This document shows positions 1 through 12,325 of a stretch of DNA of 64,000 nucleotides, one piece after another. Source of the stretch: Mobula hypostoma (taxonomy: Eukaryota); the NCBI RefSeq assembly GCF_963921235.1, contig NC_086098.1, positions 9,114,001 to 9,178,000 on the forward strand, in the 5' to 3' direction. Both the position numbers and the translations under genes were made by a program. The number at the start of each line of letters is the position of its first letter. Position 1 is the first letter of the stretch. The notes beneath the pieces are model-generated. The model saw only the letters and a program-made list of their open reading frames with translations, made no database searches and was not told the DNA's origin.

Positions 1-49
1 GTAATTTTGATTTCCTGACATTTATGGTGATAGACTTGTTAAATATATT

Positions 50-205
50 AGAAATGAATATTGACGTTCATTTAAACAATAAGATGTCCAAAGAGTATGA
101 GGAGAAAATGCGATAGTGACATTGGAGCCAAATGAGAGTCAGCTGTGATCTTGCTGAATAGCAGAGATTGATTAGCTTACTTCTACTCCTAATTCTTATG
201 TTTTT
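50..205 (+). mobile_element. Old CR1 LINE 3' end remnant
   Basis: Degenerate match to the CR1 3' ends at 36388-36560 and 63190-63338 (…gatcttgctgaatagcagag…cttacttctactcctaattcttatg). Confidence 0.5.
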
Positions 206-507
206 ATATACTCTCAGTAAAATATGTACCCATTTGTTAATAAATATCGGGTAATATCACAGAGTGGTCTTGTTGAGGAGATGAATCAGTGAGAAATTCC
301 TTAGAATGTTTTCAGTCCTATGGCTGGTAGAGCTAGTATGGCTAAATATATATTTAATTTGCTCTTTATGTGAACATTCTGACATATTCCCATTCCTGAG
401 CTGTATACTCCTATGATTCTAAAAACAACTGAATGGTTATTTTCCATTATTAGATATATCAAAAACAGAGAGCAATAACATAGCAAACTATGTAGCAAAG
501 TAGGGAA

Positions 508-1390
508 AGGAGACCAAAGAGGAGATTGGGACAATCCTCACCTACCACCCCTCCAGCTCTGCGTCCAGCATATAATTCTCTGAAACTTTCGTTAGCTCTA
601 ATGGGATCGCACCACCAAGCACGGCTTTCTCTCTCTCCCACTTTCTGCTTTATGTAGGGTTTACTCCCTATGTGACTCCCTTGTCCATTAGTCCTTCCCC
701 ACTGATCTCCCTCTTGGCACTTAGCCTTGCAAGCGAAACAACTGCTACTCCTGCCCCTATACCTCCTCTGTCACTACCATCCAAGGCCCTAAACAGTCCT
801 TCCAGGTGAGGCAACACTTCACCTGTGAGTCTATTGGGGTCATTTACTGTGTTCGGTGCTCCTGGTGTGGCCTCTTGTACATTGATGAGACCCAACATAG
901 ATTGGGAGACCACTTCGCCAAGCATCTACCAGAGTAAGTGGGATCTCCCAGTGGCCACTTATTTTATTTCCACTTCCCATTTCCATTCCGATATGTCCAT
1001 CCATGGCTTTCTCCACTGTCGTGATGAGGCCACACTTGGGTTGGAGGAACAACACCTCATATTCCGTTTGGGTAGCTTTCAACCTGGTGGCATGAACATC
1101 GATTTTTCTTAACTTCTGGTAATACCACTCTCACCCCCCCCCACCTTCTCCATCCCCTTTTCCCTCTCTCATCTCATCTCACCAATCAATTTCCCAGCTC
1201 TTTACTTCATCCCTCCCTCTCCAGATTTATCTATCATCTGGTGGTTCTCTCTCCCCTCTCCCCACCTTTTAAATCTACTCCTCAGTTTTTTTCCTCCTGG
1301 CCTGCCGAAGGGTTTTGGCCGGAAACATCGACTGTACTTTTTTCCATGGATGCTGCCTGTGTTCCTCCAGCATTTTGTGTGTGTTGCTCA
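508..1390 (+). mobile_element. Penelope-like element (Neptune-type), 5'-truncated, decayed GIY-YIG endonuclease plus pLTR
   Basis: Frames read ILTYHP, Cys-rich linker PCKRNNCYSCPYT, FTCES.GVIYCVRCSWCGLLYI, and DLPVATYF…HSHSDMSIHG-like…EEQHLIFRLGSFQPGGMNIDFS (ORF 825-1112). Followed by a pyrimidine-rich UTR, a degenerate hammerhead motif (1302-1334) and a tgtgtgttgc end. Confidence 0.9.
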
Positions 1391-1571
1391 GACAAGTTAA
1401 ATTGTTCCTTCTCCATATGTTAAATATTGTGAAAAAGAAAGAATAGTGAACTTGTGTGTATGTTTGCATGTATGTTTGTCAGAGTGGGGTTAAGGAGTAG
1501 TATACACTTCTGACTTCTGGCGTCTTTTGGAAAGTGAAGTAATGTCATTTAAAAAAGTAAGCAGGAACAGG

Positions 1572-1822
1572 TGCAGCACAATAGTGTAGCAGTTGGTGTA
1601 AAGCTATCACAGCACTGGCAACCTAGGTTCAAATCTGCTGCAGCCTGTAAGGAGTTTGTACTTTCTCCCCATGCCCATATGGGTTTCCTGCGGTTGATCT
1701 GGTTTCCTCCCACATTCCAAAATCATAGGGTTCAGTCGGGTAATTGATCACGTCGAGGCCCTTCATCAGGTTGTATTTGGGTGGTGTGAGTTTGTTGGAC
1801 CAGAAGTACTGTATCTCTAAAT
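1572..1822 (+). mobile_element. tRNA-derived V-domain SINE (HE1-like)
   Basis: A-box-like tagtgtagcagttgg, B-box-like ggttcaaatc, V-domain ggagtttgtactttctcccc…gggtttcc…ggtttcctcccacattccaaa. Confidence 0.8.
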
Positions 1823-2209
1823 GAAAATAACTAAAAAATTTGGGGGAAAATAGAAAGGTCTGAGGAAATGACAAAAGATGGATTAAATGAATTGAACTTT
1901 TAAAGGAGTAACTCTATGACCCCTTTCTGTACAGTGTGATTCTCTTACCTCTCTTATGATATTAATATATCCAGAACAAAGACATTTATTCTTCCATTTT
2001 CAGCTTGGGAGAATAGATTGTGTGATGGATGTAAGATTTCATATACTATTGTTCTGATTTCATACTTGGCCTTTGTGATAAGATGAATATGGATCTGAAA
2101 AAAAAATAGTGTTTTGTGGCAAAGACTGAGATAGATGGAAATTAAGATACACAGTGCCTTGTAAAAATATTTAGCCCCTAGACTTTGGTTCACATGAGTG
2201 AGTATTACA

Positions 2210-3697
2210 ACCAGGGATTTTGATTAGTTTAACTGAGATTTTTATTTGGGGATCACATGCTCATTTTTTCACAGTAGAGCCCAAAAAACAGGGAAAATTG
2301 TAAAGCATGAAAACTAACAATAACTGAAATGTTAGCATTTCAAAAGTATTTATCCCCCTTTGCTGAGTATTTAGTTAAACCATCTCTCGTAGCTATTACA
2401 GCCAGTAGTCTTTTGGATAAGTCTCTATTAGCTTTACACAACGTAATAAAGCAAGATTTGCCCACTTGCTGTACAAGGTTAGTTGGGGAACAGCAATCTT
2501 GAGGTCTTGCTAGAAGTGTTTGATTGGGTTAAGGTCAGGACTCTGACTGGGCCACCCAAGGACATCAATTTTCTTCATTTGAAGCCACTCCATGGTTGCT
2601 CTGGCAGTGTGCTTTGGATTGTCCTGTTCAAAAACAAGCTTCCTCCCCAGTTTAAGCTTCCTGGCAGAGGTTAGCAGGTTTTTATCCAGGATCTTTCTGT
2701 ATTTAGCAGCATTTATCCTCCCATCAATCCTGGCTTGGTTTCTAGTCTCTGCTGCTGAAAAACATCCCCACAGCATGATGCTACCTCCACCATTCTTTAC
2801 AGTAGGGATGGTGTCACCTGGCTGATGTACAGTACAAGATTCATGCCACACCTACTGCTTAGTGTTGAGGTTAAAAAGTTCCACTTCAGTCTCATCCAAC
2901 AATAAGACGTTCTTACACATTTTTACAGTATCTTCCAGGTGACACTTTGCAAAGTCTTCATGGGCAAGGCTATGTTCGTTTTTTTTTAAACAGGGCTTCT
3001 TCCTTGCCACTCTTGTAAATACCCTTTTTCTTCAAGGCCTTAAAGATTATGGAGCCATGAATTTCATCTCCAGTTGCAGCCACTGACTTCTGCAGCTCAC
3101 CCAGAGTGACTATTGGTGTCTCTTTTACAAGTGCTTCTCTGGCGACTTAGTGGGGTGATCTGACATAGGCAATGTATCTATGGTTTCATATTTTTTCCAG
3201 TTTTTATGATGGACTGCACTGAGCTCTGAGATATGTTCATTGCCTTTGAGGTGGTCTTGTACTCTTGCCCACATTTGTGCTTCATATCATTTCCATGACT
3301 TGTATTGAATGCTCTTTTGTCTTCATTTTGGTTTGATCTTTTGAAAAGTTTATGGAGTGAGGTGGCATTTATTCTTATGAATTCGTTGAAAACAGGTGAT
3401 CCTCCAATTTTCTACATCAACAAATTGGGTGAGGTGGTAAAGTAGTCTACAGTATTGCACCTGAGGAAAGATAGCATAATAATTACAAACAGGATGAGTA
3501 CTTTTCAGCCTAACAATTTTGGTTTTTAATTTTCATAAATTGTTGAGGGGTTTTGGAATTTTTCTTTTGATTTGACATAATGCACAATGGTTTGTAGAAC
3601 AGCTCAAAAAATCCTACTTCAATATTTTAAGTTTAGAAAATGAATAAAGTAAAATGTGAAAATAGTTGTGGGGGCTGAATACTTTTTCAAGGGACTG
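2210..3697 (-). mobile_element. Tc1 DNA transposon (IR/DR type), decayed
   Basis: Intact end gctgaatactttttcaagggactg|TA at 3674-3699. Inner DR-like motifs at ~2341-2358 and ~3493-3510. Transposase motifs inside. Outer end of the left TIR not visible. Confidence 0.9.
2365..3326 (-). pseudogene. Tc1 transposase pseudogene
   Basis: Starts MKTKEHS (ATG at 3326). ORF 2510-2851 has [16 protein letters not shown]…QDNPKHT…[11 protein letters not shown]. Ends GLTKY near 2366. Frameshifted. Confidence 0.9.
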
Positions 3698-4424
3698 TAA
3701 ATGTCTATTCTCCAAGGAGAAAAAAGGACACCGCAGAGACAGAATTCTGTTGTGAGATGTTCCAGATCATTCAAAAGCATGAATTTGGGGCATCATTCTG
3801 AGCCAGATTTGAAATCTACGTCAGTTGTTGAGTTATTTTTATGCCATTCTTTTCCTCTTCATTTTGTTCACTTGAAATTTTAAGAGTTTATGTCTGTGGC
3901 CATAGGCAAATTTTGTATGCATTATACATATGTTGTCGTAGATAGATTGTGGCTCATATGATGCAGCTGGAAAGTGTGCGGGGACTGTCTGCTTCCTGTG
4001 AGATTTGTACAGGTGGTCGGGGGAGGTACAGTGAAATGGCATTTCACCCACTTCCTTTGTCATACGCAGTGACATACTGTAATCCACTGGCCGATTACAA
4101 GGCTGATTCTTCAGCAGGCTTTATTTGTGGTGACTTCTTGCTGCTACTGATTTGCCTTTTGTAGGTGTGTGACTACTCTTGTGGTTAAATGTGCCCATTT
4201 TGGTTTGAAGATCTTCAAGTCATTTTGAATTTTAAATTATTCCTTCTGCTGTGCAGCCCACCACTCTTCAAATATTTTCCATTACCTCTCAAAATTAAAA
4301 CAGTAAAAAAAACACTGCATTATTAAAACGATTTTTACGAGGCATTTTAAAAAAAAATAAAAGCCATTTTGTTTATCTGAACTATAAACAACTTACCTTC
4401 AGGAATCTGATCTAGGTTAATTAC

Positions 4425-4980
4425 AGAAGAAGCTGGAAACACTCGGTCAGTCAGCAGCATCTGTGGAGAGAGTTAAAGAGTTAATATTTCTGTCAAAGAC
4501 CCATCATCAGATCTGAGGAAGGGAGAAAGTAAAGCAACACACATCAGAATTGCTGGTGAACGCAGCAGGCCAGGCAGCATCTCTAGGAAGAGGTACAGTC
4601 GACGTTTCAGGCCGAGACCCTTCGTTAGGACTAGAAAGTAAGTTAGTTTTAACTTGCCAAGAGGATTGGGGGGGGGGGTAGGCAGGGGATAGGGATAGGA
4701 GAAAGAGGATATGTCTGAAAGGTTAGAGACAGGATAGTAATGGTGATAAGTCGTTGTTGATGCCATCTAGTTGATAGATAAATAAGCAAGTTAGAGAAAA
4801 CCATGTTGACATTGTGAAATGCAGGTCAGAGCCACAGGAAATGCCAAGCACATCAGGCAGCGTCAATAGAGAGGGAAACAAAACTGAGATAATAATACAC
4901 ATGGATGACCTGAAGCAGAACTGGAAAGTCTTGATACATATGAGAAAATGAGTTATCTGAAGTAATTGAATTTGATGTTG
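4425..4980 (-). mobile_element. Old PLE-like terminal remnant hosting a younger 100-bp PLE module
   Basis: gctggaaacactc…cagcagcatctgtggagaga…gacccatcatcaga resembles the PLE pLTR and hammerhead region. Very degenerate. Confidence 0.5.
4533..4632 (-). mobile_element. 100-bp solo PLE pLTR/hammerhead module with 9-bp TSD
   Basis: Near-identical to 7925-8023. Flanked by agaaagtaa at 4524-4532 and 4633-4641. Confidence 0.85.
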
Positions 4981-5044
4981 TTGTTCTGGTTTGTAAACTC
5001 AGCCATCTCCGTCATGGCCACTCGCCACTGAGGCTCAAAAGGCT

Positions 5045-5415
5045 ATGCCCTAAAAACATGGCATCCATCATTAAGGACCCACTACACCCAGCACATGTCC
5101 TCTTCTCATTACTATCATCAGAGATGAGATAAAGGAGTCTGAAGACACACTCTCAATGTTTTAGGAACAGCCTCTTCCCTTCCGCCATCAGATTTCTGAA
5201 CAGCCAATGAACCCACGAATGCTACATCACCATTTTTGGTCTCCTTTTGCACATATATTTTTGTATTTATGTGTATATGTCTATATATGTATATAATTAT
5301 TTACAGTATGTTTTATATTGTAATTGATAGTATATTTTATGTATTGCATTGCGCTGTTGCAGCAAAACAATAAATTTCATGACATACTGCATATCAGTTA
5401 TAATAAATCTGACTC
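5045..5415 (+). mobile_element. Rex1/Babar-type LINE 3' fragment
   Basis: ggcatccatcattaaggaccc…ttttaggaacagcctcttcccttccgccatcagatttctgaa (ASIIKDP…FRNSxFPSAIRFLN), tail aataaatctgactct. Confidence 0.75.
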
Positions 5416-5811
5416 TCATCCCTCTGAGTCCAAAAGGATACAATGTGCTCAGACAGAAGATGAGATTCTGGTTGACCATGTTGGTATAGAGCAGGAAGCC
5501 ACAGCTATTAGTTTCACTGGGAGTGGAACCGATCAGTTCTGTTGCAGGTTATCCATCTCTGGTTTTGCTGTGAGATATACCAAGGACTTCTAAGATAACG
5601 ATGAAAGAGAATATTTCTAACAGTTACCTGCAGTAAATGGAATCGTAGCATTATACTGTCTGATAAAGGAATCCACTGTGTGCAGTTATACAGTAAGCCC
5701 TTAACATCCAAAGGGAATACCATGCCAGAAATACTTGTAAATATTGATAACGGAAAATATAAACTTATCTAAAAATGGAAGTCAAGAAAAGTAGGTACAA
5801 TATCAATGTAA

Positions 5812-6132
5812 AATTCAAAGTTCAAAGTAAATTTTATTATCAGAGTACATATATGCCACCATTTACAACCCTGAGATTCTTTTCTCTGTGGGCATACTCA
5901 GCGAATCTACAGAATAGTAACTATAAAAGGATTAATGAAAGATCAACTAGAGTTTAGAAAACAACAAACTGTGCAAATGGAAATATAAATAAATAACAAT
6001 AAGTAGCGAGAACATGAAATAACAAGAAAAAGAGTCCTTAAAATGAGATAGTTGGTTGTGGGAACATCTCAATAGATGAGTGTAGCTATCCCCTTTTGTT
6101 TAAGAGCCTGATGGTTGAGGGGTACTAACTGT
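5812..6132 (-). mobile_element. Rex1/Babar-type LINE 3' UTR fragment
   Basis: ttcaaagttcaaagtaaattttattatc tail and ccctgagattc motif shared with the copies at 11490, 23263 and 36068. Confidence 0.75.
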
Positions 6133-7986
6133 TGTCATTGTTAAATTAGAACACTACCGATAGTACTACAATACATATCAAAGAGACAGTGTTAATAACA
6201 ATGCTGTAACTCCTGTTGATAAAATAACTTGGTAACTCTGCTGTTCGCTGCTTCATTGGTAGCCACCACTGATGGTGAGAAAAGTCAGAAGCCAGTAAAT
6301 AGAAACATAGAAAACCTACAGCACAATACAGGCCCTTCCCGCTCTATGGTTACAGTAAATCAAAAGCAAACTAATCTTGTTTTGACAGGCTAAAACATGC
6401 AAGTCATCCATCCAACCACATTTATTGATCGAAATACCAGATGAAAGGGCATCATTAGGGTTGTGATATTCATTAAAATTCCAGGATTAAGGAAAATAAG
6501 GAAAATTTCTGATTAATATAGGAATTTCTTATCCAGTAATTGTTTCAGAGTGAATGGGTGCAGATTATCTTAATTTTTGGCTGATTCTTTTTATCTAATT
6601 CTATAGGTGCCCAACTGAGTTTTTGTATTCAATTTTAAGTACTGTGGATTCTAGTTAATTGGGACACATCGGGACTAGTACATTTTGGCCTAATTAAGTG
6701 GCTGCCCCAATTAGCCAAAGTTTCATGGAAATAGATAAAAATATATAAAAAAGAAAAACTGAGTAGCAAATTATATATTTAAATAAAATGCAGAACGAAT
6801 TAGAACTACAGAGCAGTACTACAACACTATAAAACTGTATTAGTTCCTAATTGTAATCAACAGAGGAATTCATCCGGTGTACGCAATGAACAAAATCAGC
6901 ACACGCACCTGCTGCATACAATGGACTGCCTTCATACCATACTGTCAACGATTGCATCCTTCAAATCTTCATTTTCATTGTAATATTCGAGATGTTTCTT
7001 TATACCATATTTAAGTTTATTGACATCACTACTGTTGTTGGCCGAATCAAAGGTGGTGACAGATCAGTATATGTATAGGGGGGAGATTGAAACTCTGGCT
7101 GAGTGGTACCACAACAACCTCTTACTCAATGTCAGCAAGAGCAAGGAGCTGATTCTTGACTTCAAGAGGAGGAAAGGAGTCCATGAGCCAGTCACGTCAG
7201 GAGATCAGCAATGAAAAGCGTCAGCAATTTAAAATTCTTCTCCGTTTATCATTTCAGAGGACCGGTCCTGGTCCCAGCACGTAAGTGCAATTACAAAGAA
7301 AACACAGCAGCACCTCTACTTAGAAGTTGTGAGGATTCAGCATGATATCTAAAACTTTGACAAATTTCTATAGATGTGGTGGAGAGTATATTGACTGGCT
7401 GCATCACAGACTGTTATGAAAACTCCAATGCCTTGTATGAAAAATTCTACAAAACATAGTGGCTACATCCCTGTCCATTATTGGGTAAGGCCCTCCCCAC
7501 CATTGAGCATACTTACATGGAATACTGTTGCAGGAAAGCAACATTCGTCATTGAGGACCCCCACTACCCAGGCCAAACTCTCTTCTTGTTGCTGCCATCA
7601 GGAAGAAGGTACAGAAGCCTCAGAATTCACACCAACCAGCTTCAGAAATAGCCTCAACTATCAGGCTCTTGAACGAATGGGGATAGCTTCTCTCAATTTC
7701 ACTCGCCCCATCACTGAACTGTTCCCAAAACCTATGTACTCACTTTTAAGAACTTGTCATCTCACGTTCTTGATATTTATTGCTTGTTTATTATTATTAT
7801 TACTTCTTTCTTTATTTTGTATTTGCATAGTCCGCTGTCTTTTCTATATTGTTTGTCCATCCTGTTGGATGCAGTCTTTTTAAAAACACAAACAACAGGA
7901 ATTCTGCAGATGATGGAAATTCAAGCAACACACATAAAAGTTGCTGGTGAACGCAGCAGGTCAGGCAGCATCTCTAGGAAGAGGTG

Positions 7987-8023
7987 CAGTCGACGTTTCA
8001 GGCCGAGACCCTTCGTCAGGACT
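7987..8023 (-). ncRNA. Minimal type-I hammerhead ribozyme motif (PLE-associated)
   Basis: Minus strand reads AGUC CUGACGA AGG-gucucgg-CCU GAAA CG UC GACUG: conserved core, stems I and II, palindromic ACGU in place of stem III, GUC triplet. Confidence 0.8.
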
Positions 8024-8316
8024 AACTGAAGGAAGAGTGAGTAAGGGATTTGAAAGTTGGAGGGGGAGGGGGAGATCCAAAATGACAGGAGAAGACAGGA
8101 GGGGGAGGGATAGAGCCGAGAGCTGGACAGGTGATAGGCAAAAGGGGATACGAGAGGATCATGGGACAGGAGATCCGGGAAGAAAGACCGGGGGGGGGGA
8201 CCCAGAAGCTGGGCAAGGGGTATATTCAGAGGGACAGAGGGAGAAAAAGGAGAGTGAGAGAAAGAATGTGTGTATAAAAATAAGTAACAGATGGGGTACG
8301 AGGGGGAGGTGGGGCA

Positions 8317-8590
8317 TTAGCGGAAGTTAGAGAAATCGATGTTCATGCCATCAGGTTGGAGGCTACCCAGACGGAATATAAGGTGTTGTTCCTCCAACCT
8401 GAGTGTGGCTTCATCTTTACAGTAGAGGAGGCCGTGGATAGACATGTCAGAATGGGAATGGGATGTGGAATTAAAATGTGTGGCCACTGGGAGATCCTGC
8501 TTTCTCTGGCGGACAGAGCGTAGGTGTTCAGCAAAGCGGTCTCCCAGTCTGCGTCGGGTCTTGCCGATATATAAAAGGCCACACCGGGAT
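8317..8590 (-). pseudogene. PLE GIY-YIG endonuclease C-terminal fragment (mirrored in part at 8591-8783 +)
   Basis: SRCGLLYIGKTRRRLGDRFAEHLRSV…VATHFN…HSHSDM…RLEEQHLIFRLGSLQPDGMN with no internal stops. 5'-truncated, no RT. Confidence 0.9.
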
Positions 8591-9076
8591 CCAGAGAAAG
8601 CAGGATCTCCCAGTGGCCACACATTTTAATTCCACACCCCACTCCCATTCTGATATGTCTATCCACAGCCTCCTCTGCTGTAAAGATGAAGCCACACTCA
8701 GGTTGGAGGAACAACACCTTATATTCCGTCTGGGTAGCCTCCAACCTGATGGCATGAACATCGACTTCTCTAACTTCCGCTAATGCCCCACCTCCCCCTC
8801 GTACCCCATCTGTTACTTATTTTTATACACACATTCTTTCTCTCACTCTCCTTTTTCTCCCTCTGTCCCTCTGAATATACCCCTTGCCCATCCTCTGGGT
8901 CCCCCCCCCCCCGTCTTTCTTCCCGGACCTCCTGTCCCATGATCCTCTCGTATCCCTTTTGCCTATCACCTGTCCAGCTCTTGGCTCCATCCCTCCCCCT
9001 CCTGTCTTCTCCTATCATTTTGGATCTCCCCCTCCCCCTCCAACTTTCAAATCCCTTACTCACTCTTCCTTCAGTT

Positions 9077-9113
9077 AATCCTGACGAAGGGTCTCGGCCT
9101 GAAACGTCGACTG
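9077..9113 (+). ncRNA. Minimal type-I hammerhead ribozyme motif (PLE-associated)
   Basis: aatc CTGACGA agg gtctcgg cct GAAA cgtc gactg, with one stem-I mismatch. Confidence 0.75.
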
Positions 9114-9495
9114 CACCTCTTCCTAGAGATGCTGCTTGGCCTGCTGCGTTCACCAGCAACTTTGATGTGTGTTGGATGCAGTCTTTAATTGATTTCATTA
9201 TGTTTCTTGGATTTACTGAGAATACCTGCAAGAAAACAAATTTCAAGGTTGTTTATGGTGCATATATGTACTTTGATAATAAACTTACTTTGATGTTTGA
9301 AATTCTTCATAGTACCTAACTTGTTGAAGTAGTGAAATCATTTCATTTTCACACTTTTTCACTCCTGGCCATTTCTGGCATGTCTAAGCCTGAATGTTTG
9401 AAACCAAAGTGAGAAGAATAGTTTGGAATTGTCTTACTGCTTATTTCTCACGAACTATCAATGACAAAAATTACTGTTTTGCTTGCTTTGGTTTC

Positions 9496-9814
9496 AAGAG
9501 GAATAGATAGAGTTGATAGCCAGCGCCTCTTCCCCAGGGCACCACTGCTCAATACAAGAGGACATGGCTTTAAAGTAAGGGGTGGGAAGTTCAAGGGGGA
9601 TATTAGAGGAAGGTTTTTTACTCGGAGAGTGGTTGGTGCGTGGAATGCACTGCCTGAGTCAGTGGTGGAGGCAGATACACTAGTGAAATTTAAGAGACTA
9701 CTAGACAGGTACATGGAGGAATTTAATGTGGGGGGTTATATGGGAGGCAGGGTTTATGTGTCAGCACAATATGGGCCGAAGGGCCTGTACTGTGCTGTAC
9801 TATTCTATGTTCTA
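9496..9814 (+). mobile_element. Young CR1 LINE 3' end
   Basis: RGIDRVDSQRLFPRAPLLNTRGHGFKVRGGKFKGDIRGRFFT… with tail ttctatgttcta. Near-identical to 38124-38508 and 50803-51510. Confidence 0.9.
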
Positions 9815-9895
9815 AATATTCAGTCTTAGACAGTGACAAAAATTACTGTTTTTTGAGCACAAACACATGCAACAGAGCCATTTCTGATTGACATT

Positions 9896-10622
9896 CACAA
9901 TCCTGATTGATAAGTTACAGAACCTGGGCCTCTGAACCTCCCTCTGTAATTGGATCCTTGACTTCCTAACGGGAAGACCACAATCTGTGCGGATTGGTGA
10001 TAATATCTCCTCCTCACTGACGATCAACACTGGTGCACCTCAGGGGTGTGTGCTTAGCCCACTGCTCTACTCTCTCTATACCTCTGACTGTGTGGTTAGG
10101 CATAGCTCAAATACCATCTATAAATTTGCTGATGATACAACTATTATTGGTAGATCACAAATAGAGACGCGAGGGTGTACAGGAGCGAGATATACCAACT
10201 AGTGGAGTGGTGTCACAGCAACAACCTTGCACTCAAAGTCAGTAAGACGAAAGAGCTGGTTGTGGACTTCAGGAAAGGTAAGACGAAGGAACACATACCA
10301 ATCCTCATAGAGGGATCAGAAGTGGAGCAAGTGAGCAGTTCCTGGGAGTCAGGATCTCTGAGGACCTAACCTGGTCCCAGCATATCGATGCGACTATAAA
10401 GAAGGCAAGACAACAATTATACATCATTAGGAGTTTGAATTTTTGGTATGTCAACAAAAACACTCAAAAACTACTATAGATGTACCATGGAGAGCATTCT
10501 GACAGGCTGCATCACTGTCTGGTTTGGGGGGTGGGGGTGGGGCTACTGCACCGAACTGAAAGTAGCTGCAGTGGGTTGTAAATTTAGTCCGCTCCATCTT
10601 CAGTACTACCCTACAAAGTACC
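9896..10622 (+). mobile_element. Rex1/Babar LINE RT fragment
   Basis: [21 protein letters not shown]…[47 protein letters not shown]. Confidence 0.9.
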
Positions 10623-10829
10623 CAGTTTTTAATCTTGTACATTTCCTCATATCTGATATTCTGATGTAGAGCATCTAGAGGATTTCATAATTTCATATTT
10701 CTTATAATTCTCTTTATATTTGCTTTCTGGTAAAGGATAATAATGACATATATGGGTCAGATTATTCTATCATGTTTCAGAACATTTCAAAATATTTTGT
10801 ATTCAACTGATCATTTTTGAAGTTAAAAC

Positions 10830-11040
10830 TAGAGATTGATAAAAATACTCAGACAACATGATAGCATTTGTGGAGAGAAAAGTAGTTTTAGCTCCGTGAC
10901 CTTTCATTAGTTCTGGTGAAAGGTCATGAACCTGAAACATTCATGTTTCTTTTCTCACAGATCCTACATGTTCTTTTCGGTATTTCTAGCATTTGCTCTT
11001 TTTTATTTCAGATTTCCTCCATCAGCAACTTTCTGCTTTT
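10830..11040. mobile_element. Old palindromic PLE mini-element
   Basis: Centre tgacctttcattag/ttctggtgaaaggtca followed by cctgaaacatt. Decayed pLTR arms on both sides. Confidence 0.55.
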
Positions 11041-11489
11041 GGAAGTATTTTTTTGAATTGTGGTCAATATTTGCCTATTGGTACTAATCTGGAAATACCA
11101 TACTTCATATGATCTCAGTAGCTAAAAAGACTGAAACCTGGCAAATGTTCTGATGGGGCTCTACCAAGAACGCCTAGTGTAGTAGTCTTTAACCTGAAGG
11201 GTTGATGGGTACCACCAGATCATTCTGCCCAAAAACTACCAATGTACAAAGCTGAGTCTGTGTACCTGTGGCCTAATCCTCTTCGTAATCAGTCTCTATA
11301 TAAACTCATAGTTGAGATAGACTTGAGTCTAATTTTGGCATTGAGTCAATGTATGTAGAGGAAATTGAGTTTTAACATTGTATCAGTAGCATCAGTGTCT
11401 CTGTCTTGTGATATTCCTTTAATTTCAGATTGACCTCATTTATATCACACTAAAGACTAAAATTACATTATTTGGAAAGATTATTTCTT

Positions 11490-12325
11490 CAAAATTCAAA
11501 GTAAATTTATTATGTAAGTACATATTTGTCACTATATACAACCCTGAGATTCATTTTGTTGTGGCCATACTCAATCAATCCATAATAGAATAATAACCAT
11601 AATAGAATCAATAAAAGATCACACCAACAGGTGTTCAACCAGTGTGCAGAAGACAACAAATTGTGCAAATACAAAAGAACAAAAGAAATAATAATAATAA
11701 ATAAATAAATAAGCAATAAATATTAAAAACATGAGATGAAGAGTCCTTAAAAGTGAGACCATAGGATGTGGAAACATTTCAGTGATGGGACAAGTGAAAT
11801 TGAGTGAAGTTACCCTCTTTGGTTCAAGAGTCTGACGGTGGAGGAGGGATAACTGTTCCTGAACCTGGTGGTGTGAGTCCTGAGGCTCTTGTACCTTCTT
11901 CCTGATGGCAGCAGTGAGAAGAGAGCATGACCTGTGTGGTGAAGCTCTCTCATGCCACTTTCCTGTGACAGTGCTCTATTTAGATGTGGTCAATGGTGGG
12001 GAGGACTGGGCCATATCCACTACGTTTTGTCGGCTTTTCAGTTCAAAGGTACTATATTGGTGTTTCCATACCAGGCTGTGATGCAGCCCGCCTATATGTT
12101 CTCCACCCGATATCTGTAGGAGTTTGTCAAAGTTTTAGATATCACGCCAAATCTTCACAAACTTCTAAGGAAGCAGAGGTGCTGTCGTGCTTTCTGCGTA
12201 ATTGCACTTAGGTGGTGGGCCCACGACAAGTCCTCTGAATGGGTAACACCAAGGAATCTTAAAGTTGCTGGCTGTCTCCACCTCTGTTCCTCTGATGAGG
12301 ACTGGCTCATGGACCTCTGGTTTTG
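11490..12325 (-). mobile_element. Rex1/Babar LINE 3' fragment
   Basis: ttcaaagtaaatttatt tail, shared 3' UTR, and decayed RT C-terminal coding sequence. Confidence 0.85.

Larger units (their letters stand above)
7880..9174. mobile_element. Young head-to-head inverted Penelope-like insertion with TSD
   Basis: Arms ~7926-8509 (-) and 8591-9174 (+) are near-perfect inverted repeats. tgttggatgcagtcttt is duplicated at 7863-7879 and 9170-9186. Confidence 0.95.
7020..9295 (+). mobile_element. Rex1/Babar LINE 3' part, interrupted by a PLE at 7880-9174
   Basis: YRGEIETLAEWYHNNLLLNVSKSKELILDF (ORF 7020-7214) and vESILTGCIT. The 3' UTR resumes at 9187 and ends tttgataataaacttactttga. Confidence 0.85.
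6640..9895. mobile_element. Probable non-autonomous Tigger/pogo-like DNA element, split by nested LINE and PLE insertions (pieces ~6640-7015, 9296-9495, 9815-9895)
   Basis: TA followed by TIR-like ctgtggattctagttaattggga. The sequence appears to resume after each insert. Second TIR not found. Confidence 0.4.

Noticed and set aside
1572..1650. tRNA gene
   Set aside because: A/B-box-like head without a cloverleaf, followed by a V-domain. It is a SINE
7941..9319. Mirror-image ORFs (MLVNAAGQAASLGRG…, MWPLGDPAFSG…) suggesting duplicated genes
   Set aside because: They are by-products of the inverted repeat and low-complexity pLTR. Only the GIY-YIG frame has recognisable motifs
9459..9852. 22-bp direct repeat ca(a/g)tgacaaaaattactgtttt as a TSD of the CR1 insert
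   Set aside because: It is offset about 15 bp from both CR1 ends, so it is more likely an internal repeat of the host element
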